Below are positions 1 through 13,182 of a stretch of DNA of 64,000 nt, one piece after another; position 1 is the first letter of the stretch; the number at the start of each line of letters is the position of its first letter. The notes beneath the pieces are model-generated. The model was not told the origin of the DNA and did not search any database. It saw only the letters and a program-made list of their open reading frames with translations. The position numbers and the translations under genes are program-made. This stretch comes from Escherichia coli (GTDB lineage Bacteria; Pseudomonadota; Gammaproteobacteria; Enterobacterales; Enterobacteriaceae). Location: NCBI RefSeq assembly GCF_030013595.1, contig NZ_CP122768.1; one strand, written 5' to 3'.

Positions 1-370
1 AATTGCCCGTATCGCCGTCATCTTAATTTTCATTATTTTTGGTTTTCCCAAAATGATGGGCTTTGACGGTACGGTCCAATATATGGCCTCGCTGGGCGCG
101 CCGATGCCGATGCTGGCAGCTATTATTGCGGTAGTTATGGAAGTGCCCGCCGCGATATTAATCGTGCTTGGCTTTTTCACCCGTCCGCTGGCGGTGCTGT
201 TTATTTTCTACACGCTGGGTACGGCGGTGATTGGTCACCATTACTGGGATATGACCGGCGATGCGGTTGGGCCAAATATGATTAATTTCTGGAAGAATGT
301 CAGTATCGCTGGCGCATTCCTGCTGTTGGCAATTACCGGGCCGGGGGCAATTTCTCTCGATCGGCGTTAG
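1..370 (+). CDS. DoxX-family inner-membrane protein (YphA-like), C-terminal part; N-terminus lies upstream of the window
   Basis: ORF 53..370 is in frame with the window start; hydrophobic helices and the [10 protein letters not shown]...[15 protein letters not shown] region are typical of DoxX proteins. Family call is from memory. Confidence 0.55.
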   Translation, partial: IARIAVILIFIIFGFPKMMGFDGTVQYMASLGAPMPMLAAIIAVVMEVPAAILIVLGFFTRPLAVLFIFYTLGTAVIGHHYWDMTGDAVGPNMINFWKNVSIAGAFLLLAITGPGAISLDRR

Positions 371-376
371 GAAAGA

Positions 377-395
377 TGCCGGATGCGGCGTGAAC
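377..395. repeat. Left half of a REP (palindromic unit) split by the IS insertion
   Basis: gccggatgcggcgtgaac at 378-395 joined to gccttatccggcc at 1832-1844 reconstructs the canonical REP GCCGGATGCGGCGTGAACGCCTTATCCGGCC. Confidence 0.7.
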
Positions 396-919
396 TGAAC
401 TGCACCCCAAATGTTGGACATAATCTGACATCTGAAGGTGCAGTTTATGAAACATTCATTTGAAGTAAAACTTGCCGCTGTAAATCATTACCTGGCTGGT
501 CATGCAGGCATCATTTCTACGGCAAAACTCTTTCAACTTTCTCACACCAGCCTCTCACACTGGATTAATCTTTTTCTTCTTCACGGTCCTCGTGCACTGG
601 ATTGCAGACACAAGCGTAGCTATTCTCCTGAAGATAAACTTTGCGTGGTTCTTTATGCTCTCGGGCATTCTGAGTCTCTACCCCGGGTAGCTGCCCGGTT
701 TAACATTCCCAGCCACAACACGGTTAAAAACTGGATAAAAGGCTACCGCAAATCTGGTAATGAGGCCTTTATCAGGCGCAGGAAGGAGAAAAGCATGACC
801 CGTTCTGATGATACCCATGAAAACGAGGCAAACATGACGCCGGAAGAGATGAAGAATGAGCTGCGTTATCTTCGCGCAGAAAATGCATATCTGAAAGCCA
901 TGCAGGAGCATCTCCTGGA

Positions 920-1827
<908 letters not shown>

Positions 1828-1847
1828 GAACGCCTTATCCGGCCACT
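1828..1847. repeat. Right half of the REP split by the IS
   Basis: gaacgccttatccggcc immediately follows the right IS end. Confidence 0.7.
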
Positions 1848-1851
1848 CAGC

Positions 1852-2052
1852 TCACTTCTTCGGTTGATCCTTTTTCGGCCTGTCGTCGTCATCGTCCCAC
1901 TTATCGTTGAAATCACGATGCGGGGGAAGCTCCGGCTTGTTGGCGAGAAATTTCTTATGGTCGACGCGCTTGAGATCTTTAATCACGTTCAGCAGGACGC
2001 CTACCAAAAAGACAATCACCAGAATCCACCAATATTTAGCCAGCCAGTCCAT
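1852..2052 (-). CDS. ypfN: Small membrane protein YpfN (UPF0370), 66 aa
   Basis: ORF 1852..2076 has an internal Met giving [23 protein letters not shown]...; lies immediately downstream of dapE as in K-12. Confidence 0.7.
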   Translation of the reverse strand: MDWLAKYWWILVIVFLVGVLLNVIKDLKRVDHKKFLANKPELPPHRDFNDKWDDDDDRPKKDQPKK

Positions 2053-2079
2053 GCTTATTTCCTCTTGCAGAACCACTCA

Positions 2080-3207
2080 TCAGGCGACGAGCTGTTCCAT
2101 GATACGTTGATACATACGGGCAAGTAGCTGCAGGTCGGCAGCGTTCACACATTCATTAATTTTATGAATAGTGGCATTGACCGGCCCGAGTTCCACCACC
2201 TGCGCCCCCATGCGGGCAATAAAGCGCCCGTCGGACGTTCCGCCTGTGGTCAGTAGCTGCGGTTTAATTTCATTATAGTGCTCAACCGCGTTAACGACCG
2301 CATCCACCAGTTTACCTCGCGCGGTCAAAAATGGCTGCCCGGAAAGCCACCAATCCACCGTATAGCGCAGTTGATGTTTTTCAAGCAGGGCAAGTACCTG
2401 CGCTTTGATCATCTCATCAGTCAGTTCGGTACTGAAGCGGAAGTTAAACTGCACAAACAGTTCACCCGGAATAACGTTGTTACTGCCCGTTCCCGCCTGA
2501 ATATTGGCAATCTGCATACTGGTCGCCGGGAAGAATTCATTGCCCTGATCCCACTCAATAGCCACTAATTCATTAAGGAAAGGTGCTGCGCGATGTACCG
2601 GATTGTCAGCCAGATGTGGGTAGGCAACATGCCCCTGCACGCCATGAATGGTGAGGTTGCAGGTTAACGATCCGCGACGACCATTTTTCACCACATCACC
2701 TACCACTTCGATACTCGACGGTTCGCCAACCAGGCAGTAATCGAGACGCTCATTACGTGCCATCAACGCTTCGACGACTTTTACCGTACCGTTATGGGCA
2801 CTGGCTTCTTCATCAGAAGTGATCAGAAATGCCAGTCGCCCCGTATGGTTGGGATGTTGTGCGACAAAGCGTTCTGCCGCTACCACCATCGCCGCCAGCG
2901 AGCCTTTCATATCTGCCGCACCGCGCCCGAATAACATGCCATCACGAATGGTGGGTTCAAACGGCGGATTGATCCAACGATCGGCGTCGCCAGGCGGCAC
3001 CACGTCGGTATGCCCGGCAAAGGCCAACGTTTCACCTTGCCCACGCCATGCCCAAAAATTCTGCGTATCGGCAAAATCCATGCGTTCAACGGTAAAACCG
3101 ATCGCCTGCAAACGTTCAATCAACAAAGCCTGGCATCCTGCGTCATCAGGACTCAGGGAAGGGCGGCGAATAAGCTGTTGTGTCAGCTCAATAACCGGGC
3201 ACGACAT
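2080..3207 (-). CDS. dapE: Succinyl-diaminopimelate desuccinylase (M20 peptidase family)
   Basis: 375 aa; [26 protein letters not shown]... and [11 protein letters not shown] metal-binding motif; conserved neighbourhood. Confidence 0.93.
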
Positions 3208-3210
3208 AGA

Positions 3211-3585
<375 letters not shown>

Positions 3586-3947
3586 TTATGAGAATAAATA
3601 CTCATTTAAGAGTGAAAACATTTTGCCTGCAAATGATTATCAGGAAATATAACATTATCGAAGTATTCAAATTAACAACTATTAAATAATATTAAACATT
3701 TTTAACGTAAACATTAAGAATATTCATCTTGTTATCTGTCTGTATTTTAAACAGAATTAAATCAGTATTAGATGCCGTATGAATATCTCGAAATGTTGCT
3801 GTGTATCACATACAAATCATCACCGCAGGACCATAGTATTTACATAAGGTTTGTCCCCCGGAGGTAGTCATCGCAGCAATCGAGTAAATTAGCTTCACCA
3901 CGGTATATTGTTTCCGTAGAATACCCATAATTATAAGAGAGGTTGTT

Positions 3948-4007
3948 ATGATTGAACGTGAACTGGGGAACTGGAAAGACTTTATCGAAGTTATGCTTCG
4001 TAAGTAA
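3948..4007 (+). CDS. ypfM: Small protein YpfM, 19 aa (MIERELGNWKDFIEVMLRK)
   Basis: ATG at 3948 preceded by an AAGAGAGG Shine-Dalgarno; identical to the small protein I recall between acrD and yffB in K-12. Too short for the ORF track. Confidence 0.6.
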   Translation: MIERELGNWKDFIEVMLRK

Positions 4008-4065
4008 TTCCTGAGACAAAGTACAAACAGCAAGAACCCGCTGAGCAGGTTCTTAATCGGAAAGT

Positions 4066-4100
4066 TGAAAAAGGCGACACATTGGCATGTCGCCTTTTTT
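4066..4100. terminator. Bidirectional rho-independent terminator between ypfM and the acrD 3' end
   Basis: aaaaaGGCGACAcattggcaTGTCGCCtttttt: GC stem flanked by an A-run and a T-run. Confidence 0.65.
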
Positions 4101-4105
4101 ATTGC

Positions 4106-7100
4106 TTATTCCGGGCGCGGCTTCAGCGGGAAGCGGCGGCGCACCAGCACAAAGAACAGCGGCACGAAGTAAATAGCCAGAATAGTGGCCGAAATCATCC
4201 CGCCCATTACGCCAGTACCCACCGCATGCTGACCACCGGAACCGGCACCCGTGCTGGTTGCCATTGGCAATACGCCGAAGATAAATGCCAGCGAGGTCAT
4301 CAGAATCGGGCGTAAACGCTGACGGCAGGCGTGGAGCGTCGCTTCAAACAGGTCGTGGCCTTTTTGGTTCATCTCGTTAGCAAACTCGACGATCAGGATG
4401 GCGTTTTTCGCCGATAAACCAATGACCGTTAACAGGCCCACCTGGAAGTAAACGTCGTTTTCCAGCCCGCGCATCCAGGTTGCCAGCAACGCGCCGATAA
4501 CCCCCAGCGGCACGACCAGCATTACCGAGAACGGCACCGACCAGCTTTCATACAGCGCCGCCAGACACAGGAATACCACCAGCAAGGAAATGGCGTACAG
4601 CGCCGGAGCCTGCGCGCCGGAAAGCCGCTCCTGATACGACATCGCCGTCCACTCCAGACCAAAGCCGTTTGGCAACTGCTTCACTAACGATTCCATAATA
4701 TCCATCGCCGTACCGGTACTGACCCCCGGTGCGGCTTCCCCAACAATCTCAACCGCAGAATAACCGTTATAGCGTTCCAGACGTGGCGAGCCTGTCTCCC
4801 AGCGTGAGGTCGCGAAAGCAGAGAAGGGCACCATGCCGCCATCTTTATTTCGGACATACCAGAGATTGATGTCATCTGGCAGCATGCGATACGGCGCAGC
4901 TGCCTGCACATAGACTTTCTTCACGCGACCGCGATCCATAAAGTCATTCACATAGCTCGAACCCCAGGCGGTTTGCAGTGTGTCGTTAATATCGTCGATA
5001 GCAACGCCCAGCGCCTGAGCTTTACGCTGGTCGATATCAATCTGCAACTGCGGACTGTCGTCGAGGCCGTTATGGCGCACACGGGTTAGCTCCGGGTTTT
5101 CCGCTGCCAGCGCCAGCAACTGGTTTCGTGCTGCCATCAGCGCATCGTGACCCGCTCCAGCGTGGTCCTGCAACTCCATATCAAAACCCGCAGAACTGCC
5201 AAGACCGCTAATTGCTGGCGGGCTGCTGGCGATAACGCGAGCTTCTTTAATCTTGTTAAACGCCTTCGTTGCACGTTCGATAATGGCAAACGAGGTGCCG
5301 GTCTTACTGTCGCGTTCGCTCCAGTCTTTCAGGCGGATAAACATTCGCGCCACGTTTTGCCCGTTACCCCCAGGGCCAGAACCAACGGTGGCAAACACCG
5401 ACATGATGTTGTCTTTTTCATGGGTGAAGTAGTATTTCTCGATTTGCTCAACGACTTTCAGGGTCTGTTGTTGGGTTGAACCGCTGGGCAACTGTACCGA
5501 GGTAGTAAACATGCCCCGGTCTTCCAGTGGCAAGAACGACGTCGGCAAACGCAGGAACAGGAACACCATGCCGCCAAGCAGCAGGACATAAATCACAATC
5601 CAGCGCAGGCTACGGTGGAGAATTTTCGCCACCCCTTTTTCGTAGCGTTCGGCGTTGCGGTTAAACATCTGGTTAAACCAGGCAAAAAAGCCTTTTTGCC
5701 CGTGATGCTCACCCTTTTTCAGAGGCTTAAGTAGCGTGGCACACAGAGCCGGAGTGAGGATCATCGCTACCAATACTGACAGCACCATCGCCGCAACAAT
5801 GGTAATAGAGAACTGGCGATAGATGGCACCGGTGGTGCCGCCGAAGAAGGCCATTGGTACAAATACCGCCGAAAGCACCATCGCAATCCCGACCAGTGCC
5901 CCCTGGATCTGCCCCATCGATTTACGTGTGGCTTCGCGAGGAGTGAGTCCTTCCTCACTCATAATACGTTCGACGTTTTCCACCACCACGATGGCATCAT
6001 CCACCAGCAGACCGATCGCCAGCACCATCGCGAACATGGTTAAGGTGTTGACGCTGTAACCGAAGGCGTAAAGCACGGAGAAGGTTCCCATCAACACCAC
6101 CGGCACGGCGATAGTGGGTATCAGCGTGGCGCGGAAGTTTTGCAGGAACAGATACATAACGAGGAAAACCAGGGCGATAGCTTCCAGCAGCGTTTTCACC
6201 ACGTCTTCAATGAAGGCTTTAACAAACGAGGTGGTTTCATACGCCACCTTGTATTCCAGTCCATGCGGGAAATACTGCGCCAGCTCGTCAAGACGATTGA
6301 GCACCAGCTCCGCTGTCGTCATTTCGTTCGCGCCGGAGGCCAGTTTCACCCCCAGCCCGGAGGCTGGCTTACCATTGAAGCGGCTAAGATAATCGTATTT
6401 CTCCGCCCCCATTTCGACGGTGGCGACATCGCCCAGCCTTACCTCTGAGCCGTCCTGATTCACCCGCAAGGTGATATCGCGGAACTGTTCTGGTGTTTGC
6501 AGCAGTGACTGGGCGTTAATGGTGGCGTTGAGCGCCTGCTTATCGACGGAAGGCGTACCACCAAGTTGCCCAACCGCAATCTGCGCGTTCTGTGACTCAA
6601 TGGCATCAGTGACATCTTTAGCCGTCATCTGGAAACTGTTGAGTTTCGCCGGGTCCAGCCAGATACGCATGGAATATTGCGAACCATAGGCATCGATATC
6701 CCCGACGCCATTCACGCGGCTTAACGGATCCTGAATATTACTGGCAACGTAATCGGCAATATCCTGTTTATCCATCGAACCATCGGTAGAGACGAAGGCA
6801 ATGGTCAGAATGTTGGTATCGCCGGTTTTACGCACCGTCACGCCCTGATTTTGCACCGCCTGCGGTAACTTTCGCATGGCTGATTGCAGCTGGTTTTGTA
6901 CTTGCTGCACGGCTTCGTCCGGATCGGTGCCTGCTTTAAAACTTAAAGTGACAGATGCCTGGCCGGTGCCACTGCTCTGAGACGACATATACATCAGATT
7001 ATCGAGACCGGTCATATTTTGCTCGATAACCTGGGTCACGGTGTTTTCCAGCGTCTGGGCCGATGCGCCGGGATAGTTAGCGGTCACTCGCACATTCGGT

Positions 7101-7219
7101 GGCGCGAGATCGGGGTATTGTTCAACGGGCAATGAAAAAATCGCCAGGGTCCCTGTCAGACACAACAGGATTGCCAGCACCCAGGCAAAAATGGGGCGAT
7201 CAATAAAGAAATTCGCCAT
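4106..7219 (-). CDS. acrD: RND-family multidrug/aminoglycoside efflux pump, inner-membrane component
   Basis: 1037 aa, 12-TM RND architecture; [41 protein letters not shown]...; position between yffB and narQ. Confidence 0.9.
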   Translation of the reverse strand: MANFFIDRPIFAWVLAILLCLTGTLAIFSLPVEQYPDLAPPNVRVTANYPGASAQTLENTVTQVIEQNMTGLDNLMYMSSQSSGTGQASVTLSFKAGTDPDEAVQQVQNQLQSAMRKLPQAVQNQGVTVRKTGDTNILTIAFVSTDGSMDKQDIADYVASNIQDPLSRVNGVGDIDAYGSQYSMRIWLDPAKLNSFQMTAKDVTDAIESQNAQIAVGQLGGTPSVDKQALNATINAQSLLQTPEQFRDITLRVNQDGSEVRLGDVATVEMGAEKYDYLSRFNGKPASGLGVKLASGANEMTTAELVLNRLDELAQYFPHGLEYKVAYETTSFVKAFIEDVVKTLLEAIALVFLVMYLFLQNFRATLIPTIAVPVVLMGTFSVLYAFGYSVNTLTMFAMVLAIGLLVDDAIVVVENVERIMSEEGLTPREATRKSMGQIQGALVGIAMVLSAVFVPMAFFGGTTGAIYRQFSITIVAAMVLSVLVAMILTPALCATLLKPLKKGEHHGQKGFFAWFNQMFNRNAERYEKGVAKILHRSLRWIVIYVLLLGGMVFLFLRLPTSFLPLEDRGMFTTSVQLPSGSTQQQTLKVVEQIEKYYFTHEKDNIMSVFATVGSGPGGNGQNVARMFIRLKDWSERDSKTGTSFAIIERATKAFNKIKEARVIASSPPAISGLGSSAGFDMELQDHAGAGHDALMAARNQLLALAAENPELTRVRHNGLDDSPQLQIDIDQRKAQALGVAIDDINDTLQTAWGSSYVNDFMDRGRVKKVYVQAAAPYRMLPDDINLWYVRNKDGGMVPFSAFATSRWETGSPRLERYNGYSAVEIVGEAAPGVSTGTAMDIMESLVKQLPNGFGLEWTAMSYQERLSGAQAPALYAISLLVVFLCLAALYESWSVPFSVMLVVPLGVIGALLATWMRGLENDVYFQVGLLTVIGLSAKNAILIVEFANEMNQKGHDLFEATLHACRQRLRPILMTSLAFIFGVLPMATSTGAGSGGQHAVGTGVMGGMISATILAIYFVPLFFVLVRRRFPLKPRPE

Positions 7220-7382
7220 TAAAAGAGGACCTCGTGTTTCTGCGTATCGTTGTAGGCTTGACTTGCTTCACTGTAGCGGCAAGGTACGAGCCAATCGTGG
7301 AGAAAAAAAGGAGTTAATGTAAATTATCATGCCCTTTTATAGTGAACCTAAAGTGCCAGTATTCTTTGGTCAGTCGGAGGCA

Positions 7383-9083
7383 TTACATCAGCTGGCTTTC
7401 CTCACCCTCCGCAGAGCGAAAGCTAATACTCACTAACGTGCCGCCGCCGGAAGGTTGTGAAAAAGTCAGCGTCCCACCCAGCCGTTCCGCGCGTTCGCGC
7501 ATGATATTCAGACCATAATGGCCTTCGGGTTCTTTCGGTTCACCGATGCCAATCCCGTTGTCGCGAATATAGACCGTGTGATTGCCATCCGGCGCAGTGA
7601 CGCAGCTAACGGCGATTTCGCTGGCGTTGGCGTGCTTCATCGCATTCAGCACCGCTTCGCGAATAATTTGCAACAAATGCACCTGCATTTGCGCATCCAG
7701 CGCCAGGGTTGGCAGACGGCAGTCGAGGGTCAGTTTAGCGCTGGTTTGATTTTGTAACGTATCCAGCATTTCACGTAGCGCAGAGGGGAGATCTGCCTGC
7801 TGCAGCGTCAGGCGGAAAGTAGTTAACAGCTCGCGTAACTGCCGATAAGCATCATTCAACGCTTGGGAAAAATCGGCCATGATACTTTGTGCGGTGGCGT
7901 TATCTTCCGGTATCGAACGCTTCAGTAACGTCAACTGGATACGTAAGTAAGAAAGTACCTGAGCCAGCGAGTCGTGCAATTCGCGGGCGATGGTCGCACG
8001 TTCTTCCATCAACAATAACTGCTGAAAATGCTTCTGCGCCTGATTAAAGTACAAACCGCGTCCCAGCATCGACGAAACACTGTTAAGCAGCGGTTCTGAT
8101 GATGAAACGTGACTATTTTGCCAGTGCAGTTCGCCGTAAACCGTCTCTTGCATTGTCACCGGTAAAATCTGCATCGGCAATTCCGGGTTTGGTTTCCCTT
8201 CGCTAATCCGCCAGTTTTCACCGACATTTAACTCCAGATATTCAGCCGCTTCGTTGTCGCGAACAATCTGCAAAATATGGCGGAAACAATGCACATCAAT
8301 CTGGCTGGTGTTCAGCGCCTGCGAACACTGATACAACACCTCCAGGCGACGCTTGGCCTCGTGGAGATCGCGGGTCTTTTCTTCTACTGACGCCTCCAGC
8401 GAACGGTACAATTTATGCAGCTCGCTCGACATCTGGTTAAAGGTTTTGGCAAGCAGGCCAAGCTCATTCGGCAGGCTGGTATCCAGCGGTGGCGAGTCGA
8501 ACTGCCCGTGTTCAATACGCTGACTGGCGGTAACCAGCTGATTCAGCGGGGCAACCACCTGATGGCGTATGCGGCGCAAAGTAAAAAAGACCAGCGTGAA
8601 AATACCGATGCCGCCAGCCAGGGAAATTGCCACCACCAGCAGCATTTTGCGTTCAGCGTAGTGCTGTAAAGCCAGCACGAACAGGTCTATCTGATTAACA
8701 TAATTATTAATATTGGCCTGATACCACGGCAAGTCGCCCTTGCTGAGCCGATTATTCATCTCCAGCCAGTTGGCATTCAGATGCGCATAGCGGGTTTTTA
8801 CTGCCTCTGGCACATACCAGACGTTGAGATTGGTTAATACCGGTGAATGCAGTGCCTGCTGAAATAACTGGCGATGTGCATTGAGTTGTGGACTGCCACT
8901 TTGCAAGTCGTAGCCCAGGCGGTAACTCTGCATACGCAGCGATCCGGCAATATTGATAGCCTCAGCATCGCGCAAACTGCTCGCCAGAGTTAGCAGAGCG
9001 ATACCCGTGGAAAGAATCGACAGCAGGACAATGTAAAAAAAGGCCCGGGCCAGACTGGCCGAGACGGGTCGTTTAACAATCAC
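7383..9083 (-). CDS. narQ: Nitrate/nitrite sensor histidine kinase
   Basis: ORF 7383..9098 starts MEKTRV; the K-12-type start (MIVKRPVSASLARAFF...) corresponds to the in-frame GTG at 9081-9083. HAMP, HisKA_3 and HATPase regions present. Confidence 0.9.
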   Translation of the reverse strand: MIVKRPVSASLARAFFYIVLLSILSTGIALLTLASSLRDAEAINIAGSLRMQSYRLGYDLQSGSPQLNAHRQLFQQALHSPVLTNLNVWYVPEAVKTRYAHLNANWLEMNNRLSKGDLPWYQANINNYVNQIDLFVLALQHYAERKMLLVVAISLAGGIGIFTLVFFTLRRIRHQVVAPLNQLVTASQRIEHGQFDSPPLDTSLPNELGLLAKTFNQMSSELHKLYRSLEASVEEKTRDLHEAKRRLEVLYQCSQALNTSQIDVHCFRHILQIVRDNEAAEYLELNVGENWRISEGKPNPELPMQILPVTMQETVYGELHWQNSHVSSSEPLLNSVSSMLGRGLYFNQAQKHFQQLLLMEERATIARELHDSLAQVLSYLRIQLTLLKRSIPEDNATAQSIMADFSQALNDAYRQLRELLTTFRLTLQQADLPSALREMLDTLQNQTSAKLTLDCRLPTLALDAQMQVHLLQIIREAVLNAMKHANASEIAVSCVTAPDGNHTVYIRDNGIGIGEPKEPEGHYGLNIMRERAERLGGTLTFSQPSGGGTLVSISFRSAEGEESQLM

Positions 9084-9288
9084 ACGCGTCTTCTCCACAA
9101 AAAATCATTAATGTTCCAGTTCGCTGAAACGCAATTTAGTCAGTGATGGGATTATTTGATCTGCCACAGTTTATCGCGAAATAGTTACTTATTCTGGGCA
9201 CATGAACATTGCCGATTCCCCTGTAAGTCGGGTAATAACAACACTCATATAAAGAATAAGGTTTTTACAACCAAAAAAGAAGGTCGTT

Positions 9289-11268
9289 ATGAATCGTTTT
9301 ATTATGGCCAACAGTCAGCAATGTCTGGGTTGTCATGCTTGTGAAATCGCCTGTGTCATGGCTCACAATGATGAGCAACATGTCTTGAGCCAACACCATT
9401 TTCATCCCCGAATTACGGTTATCAAACATCAGCAGCAACGTAGTGCCGTGACCTGTCACCATTGCGAAGATGCGCCCTGCGCCCGTAGCTGCCCTAATGG
9501 CGCAATCAGCCACGTTGATGACAGCATTCAGGTCAATCAGCAAAAGTGTATTGGCTGTAAATCCTGCGTGGTGGCCTGTCCATTTGGTACGATGCAAATC
9601 GTCCTGACACCCGTCGCGGCGGGCAAAGTAAAAGCCACGGCGCATAAATGCGACCTTTGTGCAGGGCGCGAAAACGGTCCTGCCTGTGTCGAGAATTGCC
9701 CGGCGGACGCGCTGCAACTGGTCACTGACGCCGCACTCTCTGGCATGGCGAAATCCCGCCGCTTGCGCACCGCACGTCAGGAGCATCAACCGTGGCATGC
9801 CAGTACCGCGGCACAAGAAATGCCGGTAATGAGTAAAGTCGAGCAAATGCAGGCAACGCCCGCGCGTGGCGAGCCGGATAAACTGGCGATTGAAGCGCGC
9901 AAAACCGGTTTTGATGAAATTTATCTGCCATTCCGTGCCGATCAGGCACAACGGGAAGCCTCGCGCTGCCTTAAGTGCGGCGAGCACAGCGTTTGTGAAT
10001 GGACCTGCCCGCTGCATAACCATATTCCACAGTGGATTGAACTGGTGAAAGCCGGAAACATCGACGCCGCCGTCGAGCTTTCTCACCAGACCAACACCCT
10101 GCCGGAAATTACCGGACGCGTTTGTCCGCAAGACCGTTTGTGTGAAGGTGCCTGTACTATTCGCGATGAGCACGGCGCAGTAACTATCGGCAACATTGAA
10201 CGCTACATTTCAGATCAGGCGTTGGCGAAAGGTTGGCGTCCTGACTTAAGCCATGTCACCAAAGTGGACAAGCGGGTGGCGATTATCGGTGCGGGTCCGG
10301 CAGGGCTGGCCTGTGCGGATGTTCTGACCCGCAATGGCGTGGCGGTGACGGTGTACGATCGCCATCCAGAAATCGGTGGCTTGCTCACTTTCGGCATTCC
10401 TTCTTTCAAACTGGATAAATCCCTGTTGGCACGCCGTCGGGAAATCTTCAGCGCGATGGGGATTCACTTCGAACTCAATTGTGAAGTGGGTAAAGATGTC
10501 TCTTTGGATTCGCTTTTGGAACAATACGACGCGGTCTTCGTTGGCGTAGGCACTTACCGTTCCATGAAAGCGGGTTTACCCAATGAAGATGCGCCGGGCG
10601 TTTATGACGCCCTGCCGTTCCTCATCGCCAACACTAAACAGGTGATGGGACTCGAAGAGCTACCGGAAGAGCCGTTTATCAATACCGCCGGACTCAACGT
10701 CGTGGTACTGGGCGGCGGCGACACCGCGATGGACTGTGTGCGTACCGCGCTGCGCCACGGCGCGAGTAACGTCACCTGCGCTTATCGTCGTGATGAAGCT
10801 AACATGCCAGGCTCGAAGAAAGAGGTGAAGAACGCCCGCGAAGAGGGGGCCAACTTCGAATTTAACGTCCAGCCGGTGGCGCTTGAGCTGAATGAGCAAG
10901 GTCACGTTTGCGGAATTCGTTTCCTGCGCACACGTCTTGGCGAGCCGGATGCCCAGGGGCGTCGGCGTCCAGTACCGGTGGAAGGCAGTGAATTTGTCAT
11001 GCCAGCCGACGCGGTGATTATGGCGTTTGGCTTCAATCCACACGGGATGCCGTGGCTGGAGTCGCACGGTGTAATGGTAGACAAATGGGGCCGCATCATC
11101 GCGGATGTGGAAAGCCAGTACCGTTACCAGACCACGAATCCGAAAATCTTCGCCGGTGGTGACGCCGTGCGTGGTGCGGATCTGGTGGTTACCGCAATGG
11201 CAGAAGGACGTCATGCTGCACAGGGGATTATTGACTGGCTGGGGGTAAAATCAGTCAAATCTCACTGA
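9289..11268 (+). CDS. aegA: Fe-S-cluster / FAD-NAD(P)-binding oxidoreductase AegA (GltD-like)
   Basis: 659 aa; N-terminal multi-CxxCxxCxxxCP ferredoxin motifs followed by GAGPAG dinucleotide-binding motifs. Confidence 0.85.
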   Translation: MNRFIMANSQQCLGCHACEIACVMAHNDEQHVLSQHHFHPRITVIKHQQQRSAVTCHHCEDAPCARSCPNGAISHVDDSIQVNQQKCIGCKSCVVACPFGTMQIVLTPVAAGKVKATAHKCDLCAGRENGPACVENCPADALQLVTDAALSGMAKSRRLRTARQEHQPWHASTAAQEMPVMSKVEQMQATPARGEPDKLAIEARKTGFDEIYLPFRADQAQREASRCLKCGEHSVCEWTCPLHNHIPQWIELVKAGNIDAAVELSHQTNTLPEITGRVCPQDRLCEGACTIRDEHGAVTIGNIERYISDQALAKGWRPDLSHVTKVDKRVAIIGAGPAGLACADVLTRNGVAVTVYDRHPEIGGLLTFGIPSFKLDKSLLARRREIFSAMGIHFELNCEVGKDVSLDSLLEQYDAVFVGVGTYRSMKAGLPNEDAPGVYDALPFLIANTKQVMGLEELPEEPFINTAGLNVVVLGGGDTAMDCVRTALRHGASNVTCAYRRDEANMPGSKKEVKNAREEGANFEFNVQPVALELNEQGHVCGIRFLRTRLGEPDAQGRRRPVPVEGSEFVMPADAVIMAFGFNPHGMPWLESHGVMVDKWGRIIADVESQYRYQTTNPKIFAGGDAVRGADLVVTAMAEGRHAAQGIIDWLGVKSVKSH

Positions 11269-11335
11269 TAGCCTGCGCAGACAAACCCGGCTTCACAGCG
11301 TAAGATAATTGTTCATTTCGCGCTGTGGAGTCGGT

Positions 11336-11911
11336 ATGACGCAACAAATCACCCTCATTAAAGACAAAATTCTCTCCGATAACTATTTCACCCTGCACAA
11401 CATTACTTACGATCTCACGCGCAAAGATGGCGAAGTTATCCGCCATAAACGTGAAGTTTACGATCGCGGTAATGGTGCAACGATCCTCCTGTACAACGCG
11501 AAGAAAAAGACCGTGGTTCTGATTCGTCAGTTCCGTGTCGCTACCTGGGTTAATGGCAATGAAAGCGGGCAGCTGATCGAAACCTGCGCCGGGCTGCTGG
11601 ATAACGACGAACCGGAAGTGTGCATTCGCAAAGAAGCGATTGAAGAGACGGGCTATGAAGTGGGCGAAGTGCGCAAATTATTTGAACTGTATATGTCGCC
11701 AGGCGGTGTGACTGAGCTAATCCACTTTTTTATCGCCGAATACAGTGACAATCAGCGCGCTAACGCCGGTGGCGGTATCGAAGATGAAGATATTGAAGTG
11801 CTCGAGCTGCCGTTCAGCCAGGCGCTGGAGATGATCAAAACCGGCGAGATACGTGACGGTAAGACGGTGTTATTGCTTAACTATTTGCAAACGTCACATT
11901 TAATGGACTGA
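11336..11911 (+). CDS. nudK: GDP-mannose pyrophosphatase, Nudix hydrolase
   Basis: 191 aa from [15 protein letters not shown]...; Nudix box [22 protein letters not shown]. Confidence 0.8.
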   Translation: MTQQITLIKDKILSDNYFTLHNITYDLTRKDGEVIRHKREVYDRGNGATILLYNAKKKTVVLIRQFRVATWVNGNESGQLIETCAGLLDNDEPEVCIRKEAIEETGYEVGEVRKLFELYMSPGGVTELIHFFIAEYSDNQRANAGGGIEDEDIEVLELPFSQALEMIKTGEIRDGKTVLLLNYLQTSHLMD

Positions 11912-12036
11912 AAAATAACAATAATATTTCGTTGTTTATTATTGGCTCAATCCGATAAATCCGATTGAGCCGCGCTACCTGCGCAACGAAGATACGACTT
12001 GTGCTGTTTGTTTGAACTTCTGGGGTCGTACCGTCC

Positions 12037-13080
12037 ATGCGCTATCGCATTTTCCTTCTCTTTTTTTTCGCTTTGTTGCCGACGTCTTTGGTGTGGGCGG
12101 CACCAGCGCAACGGGCGTTTTCCGACTGGCAGGTCACCTGTAATAACCAAAACTTCTGCGTGGCGCGTAATACGGGCGATCATAACGGACTGGTGATGAC
12201 CCTGAGCCGCAGCGCCGGGGCGCATACGGATGCCGTTTTACGTATTGAGCGCGGCGGGTTGAAGTCGCCGGATGCGTCTGAAGGGGAGATAGCGCCACGG
12301 CTGCTGTTAGATGGCGAGCCGTTGGCGTTAAGTGGTGACAAGTGGCGGATTTCACCATGGTTATTAGTAACCGATGATACGGCAACCATCACCGCGTTTT
12401 TGCAGATGATTCAGGAAGGGAAGGCGATCACCTTACGCGACGGCAATCAGACCATTTCTCTGAGTGGCTTAAAAGCGGCGTTGTTGTTTATAGATGCTCA
12501 GCAAAAGCGCGTTGGCAGTGAAACCGCGTGGATAAAGAAAGGGGATGAACCGCCGCTCAGCGTACCGCCCGCGCCTGCGCTGAAAGAGGTCGCGGTGGTT
12601 AACCCAACGCCGACGCCACTCTCACTCGAAGAACGCAACGATTTGCTGGATTATGGAAACTGGCGGATGAATGGTCTGCGCTGCTCGCTTGATCCGTTAC
12701 GTCGTGAGGTGAATGTCACTGCGCTGACCGATGATAAAGCGCTGATGATGATTAGCTGTGAGGCAGGGGCCTATAACACCATTGATTTGGCATGGATTGT
12801 GTCGCGTAAAAAGCCACTGGCCTCGCGCCCGGTTCGGTTACGTTTGCCGTTCAACAGCGGTCAGGAGACGAATGAACTGGAACTGATGAACGCAACATTC
12901 GATGAAAAATCGCGTGAACTGGTGACCTTAGCAAAAGGGCGCGGATTAAGCGATTGTGGCATTCAGGCGCGCTGGCGCTTTGACGGTCAGCGTTTTCGCC
13001 TGGTGCGTTACGCCGCAGAACCCACCTGTGATAACTGGCATGGGCCAGACGCCTGGCCCACGTTATGGATCACCCGTTAA
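12037..13080 (+). CDS. ypfG: DUF1176 periplasmic protein YpfG (signal peptide)
   Basis: 347 aa; N-terminal signal sequence MRYRIFLLFFFALLPTSLVWA; conserved position next to tktB. Confidence 0.75.
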   Translation: MRYRIFLLFFFALLPTSLVWAAPAQRAFSDWQVTCNNQNFCVARNTGDHNGLVMTLSRSAGAHTDAVLRIERGGLKSPDASEGEIAPRLLLDGEPLALSGDKWRISPWLLVTDDTATITAFLQMIQEGKAITLRDGNQTISLSGLKAALLFIDAQQKRVGSETAWIKKGDEPPLSVPPAPALKEVAVVNPTPTPLSLEERNDLLDYGNWRMNGLRCSLDPLRREVNVTALTDDKALMMISCEAGAYNTIDLAWIVSRKKPLASRPVRLRLPFNSGQETNELELMNATFDEKSRELVTLAKGRGLSDCGIQARWRFDGQRFRLVRYAAEPTCDNWHGPDAWPTLWITR

Positions 13081-13112
13081 ACAAAATCCCAGATGCGCCC
13101 CTAAAAAGCGCA

Positions 13113-13160
13113 CGGACCGTCCCCTCGCCCCTCTGGGGAGAGGGTTAGGGTGAGGGGAAC
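13113..13160. repeat. GC-rich interspersed palindromic repeat (boxC-like), copy 1
   Basis: cggaccgtcccctcgcccctctggggagagggttagggtgaggggaac; a near-identical copy occurs at 27843-27891. Confidence 0.55.
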
Positions 13161-13182
13161 ATACAGCATCCGGCGATCACCA

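Noticed and set aside
9099-9288. FNR or NarL/NarP sites in the narQ-aegA divergent promoter region
   Set aside because: No clean TTGAT-N4-ATCAA or paired TACYYMT heptamers could be identified by eye; not reported as features.
11947-11975. Hairpin GGCTCAATCCGATaaATCCGATTGAGCC downstream of nudK as a terminator
   Set aside because: The stem is followed by GC-rich sequence rather than a U-tract, so an intrinsic terminator is not supported; it may be an RNA structure of unknown role.
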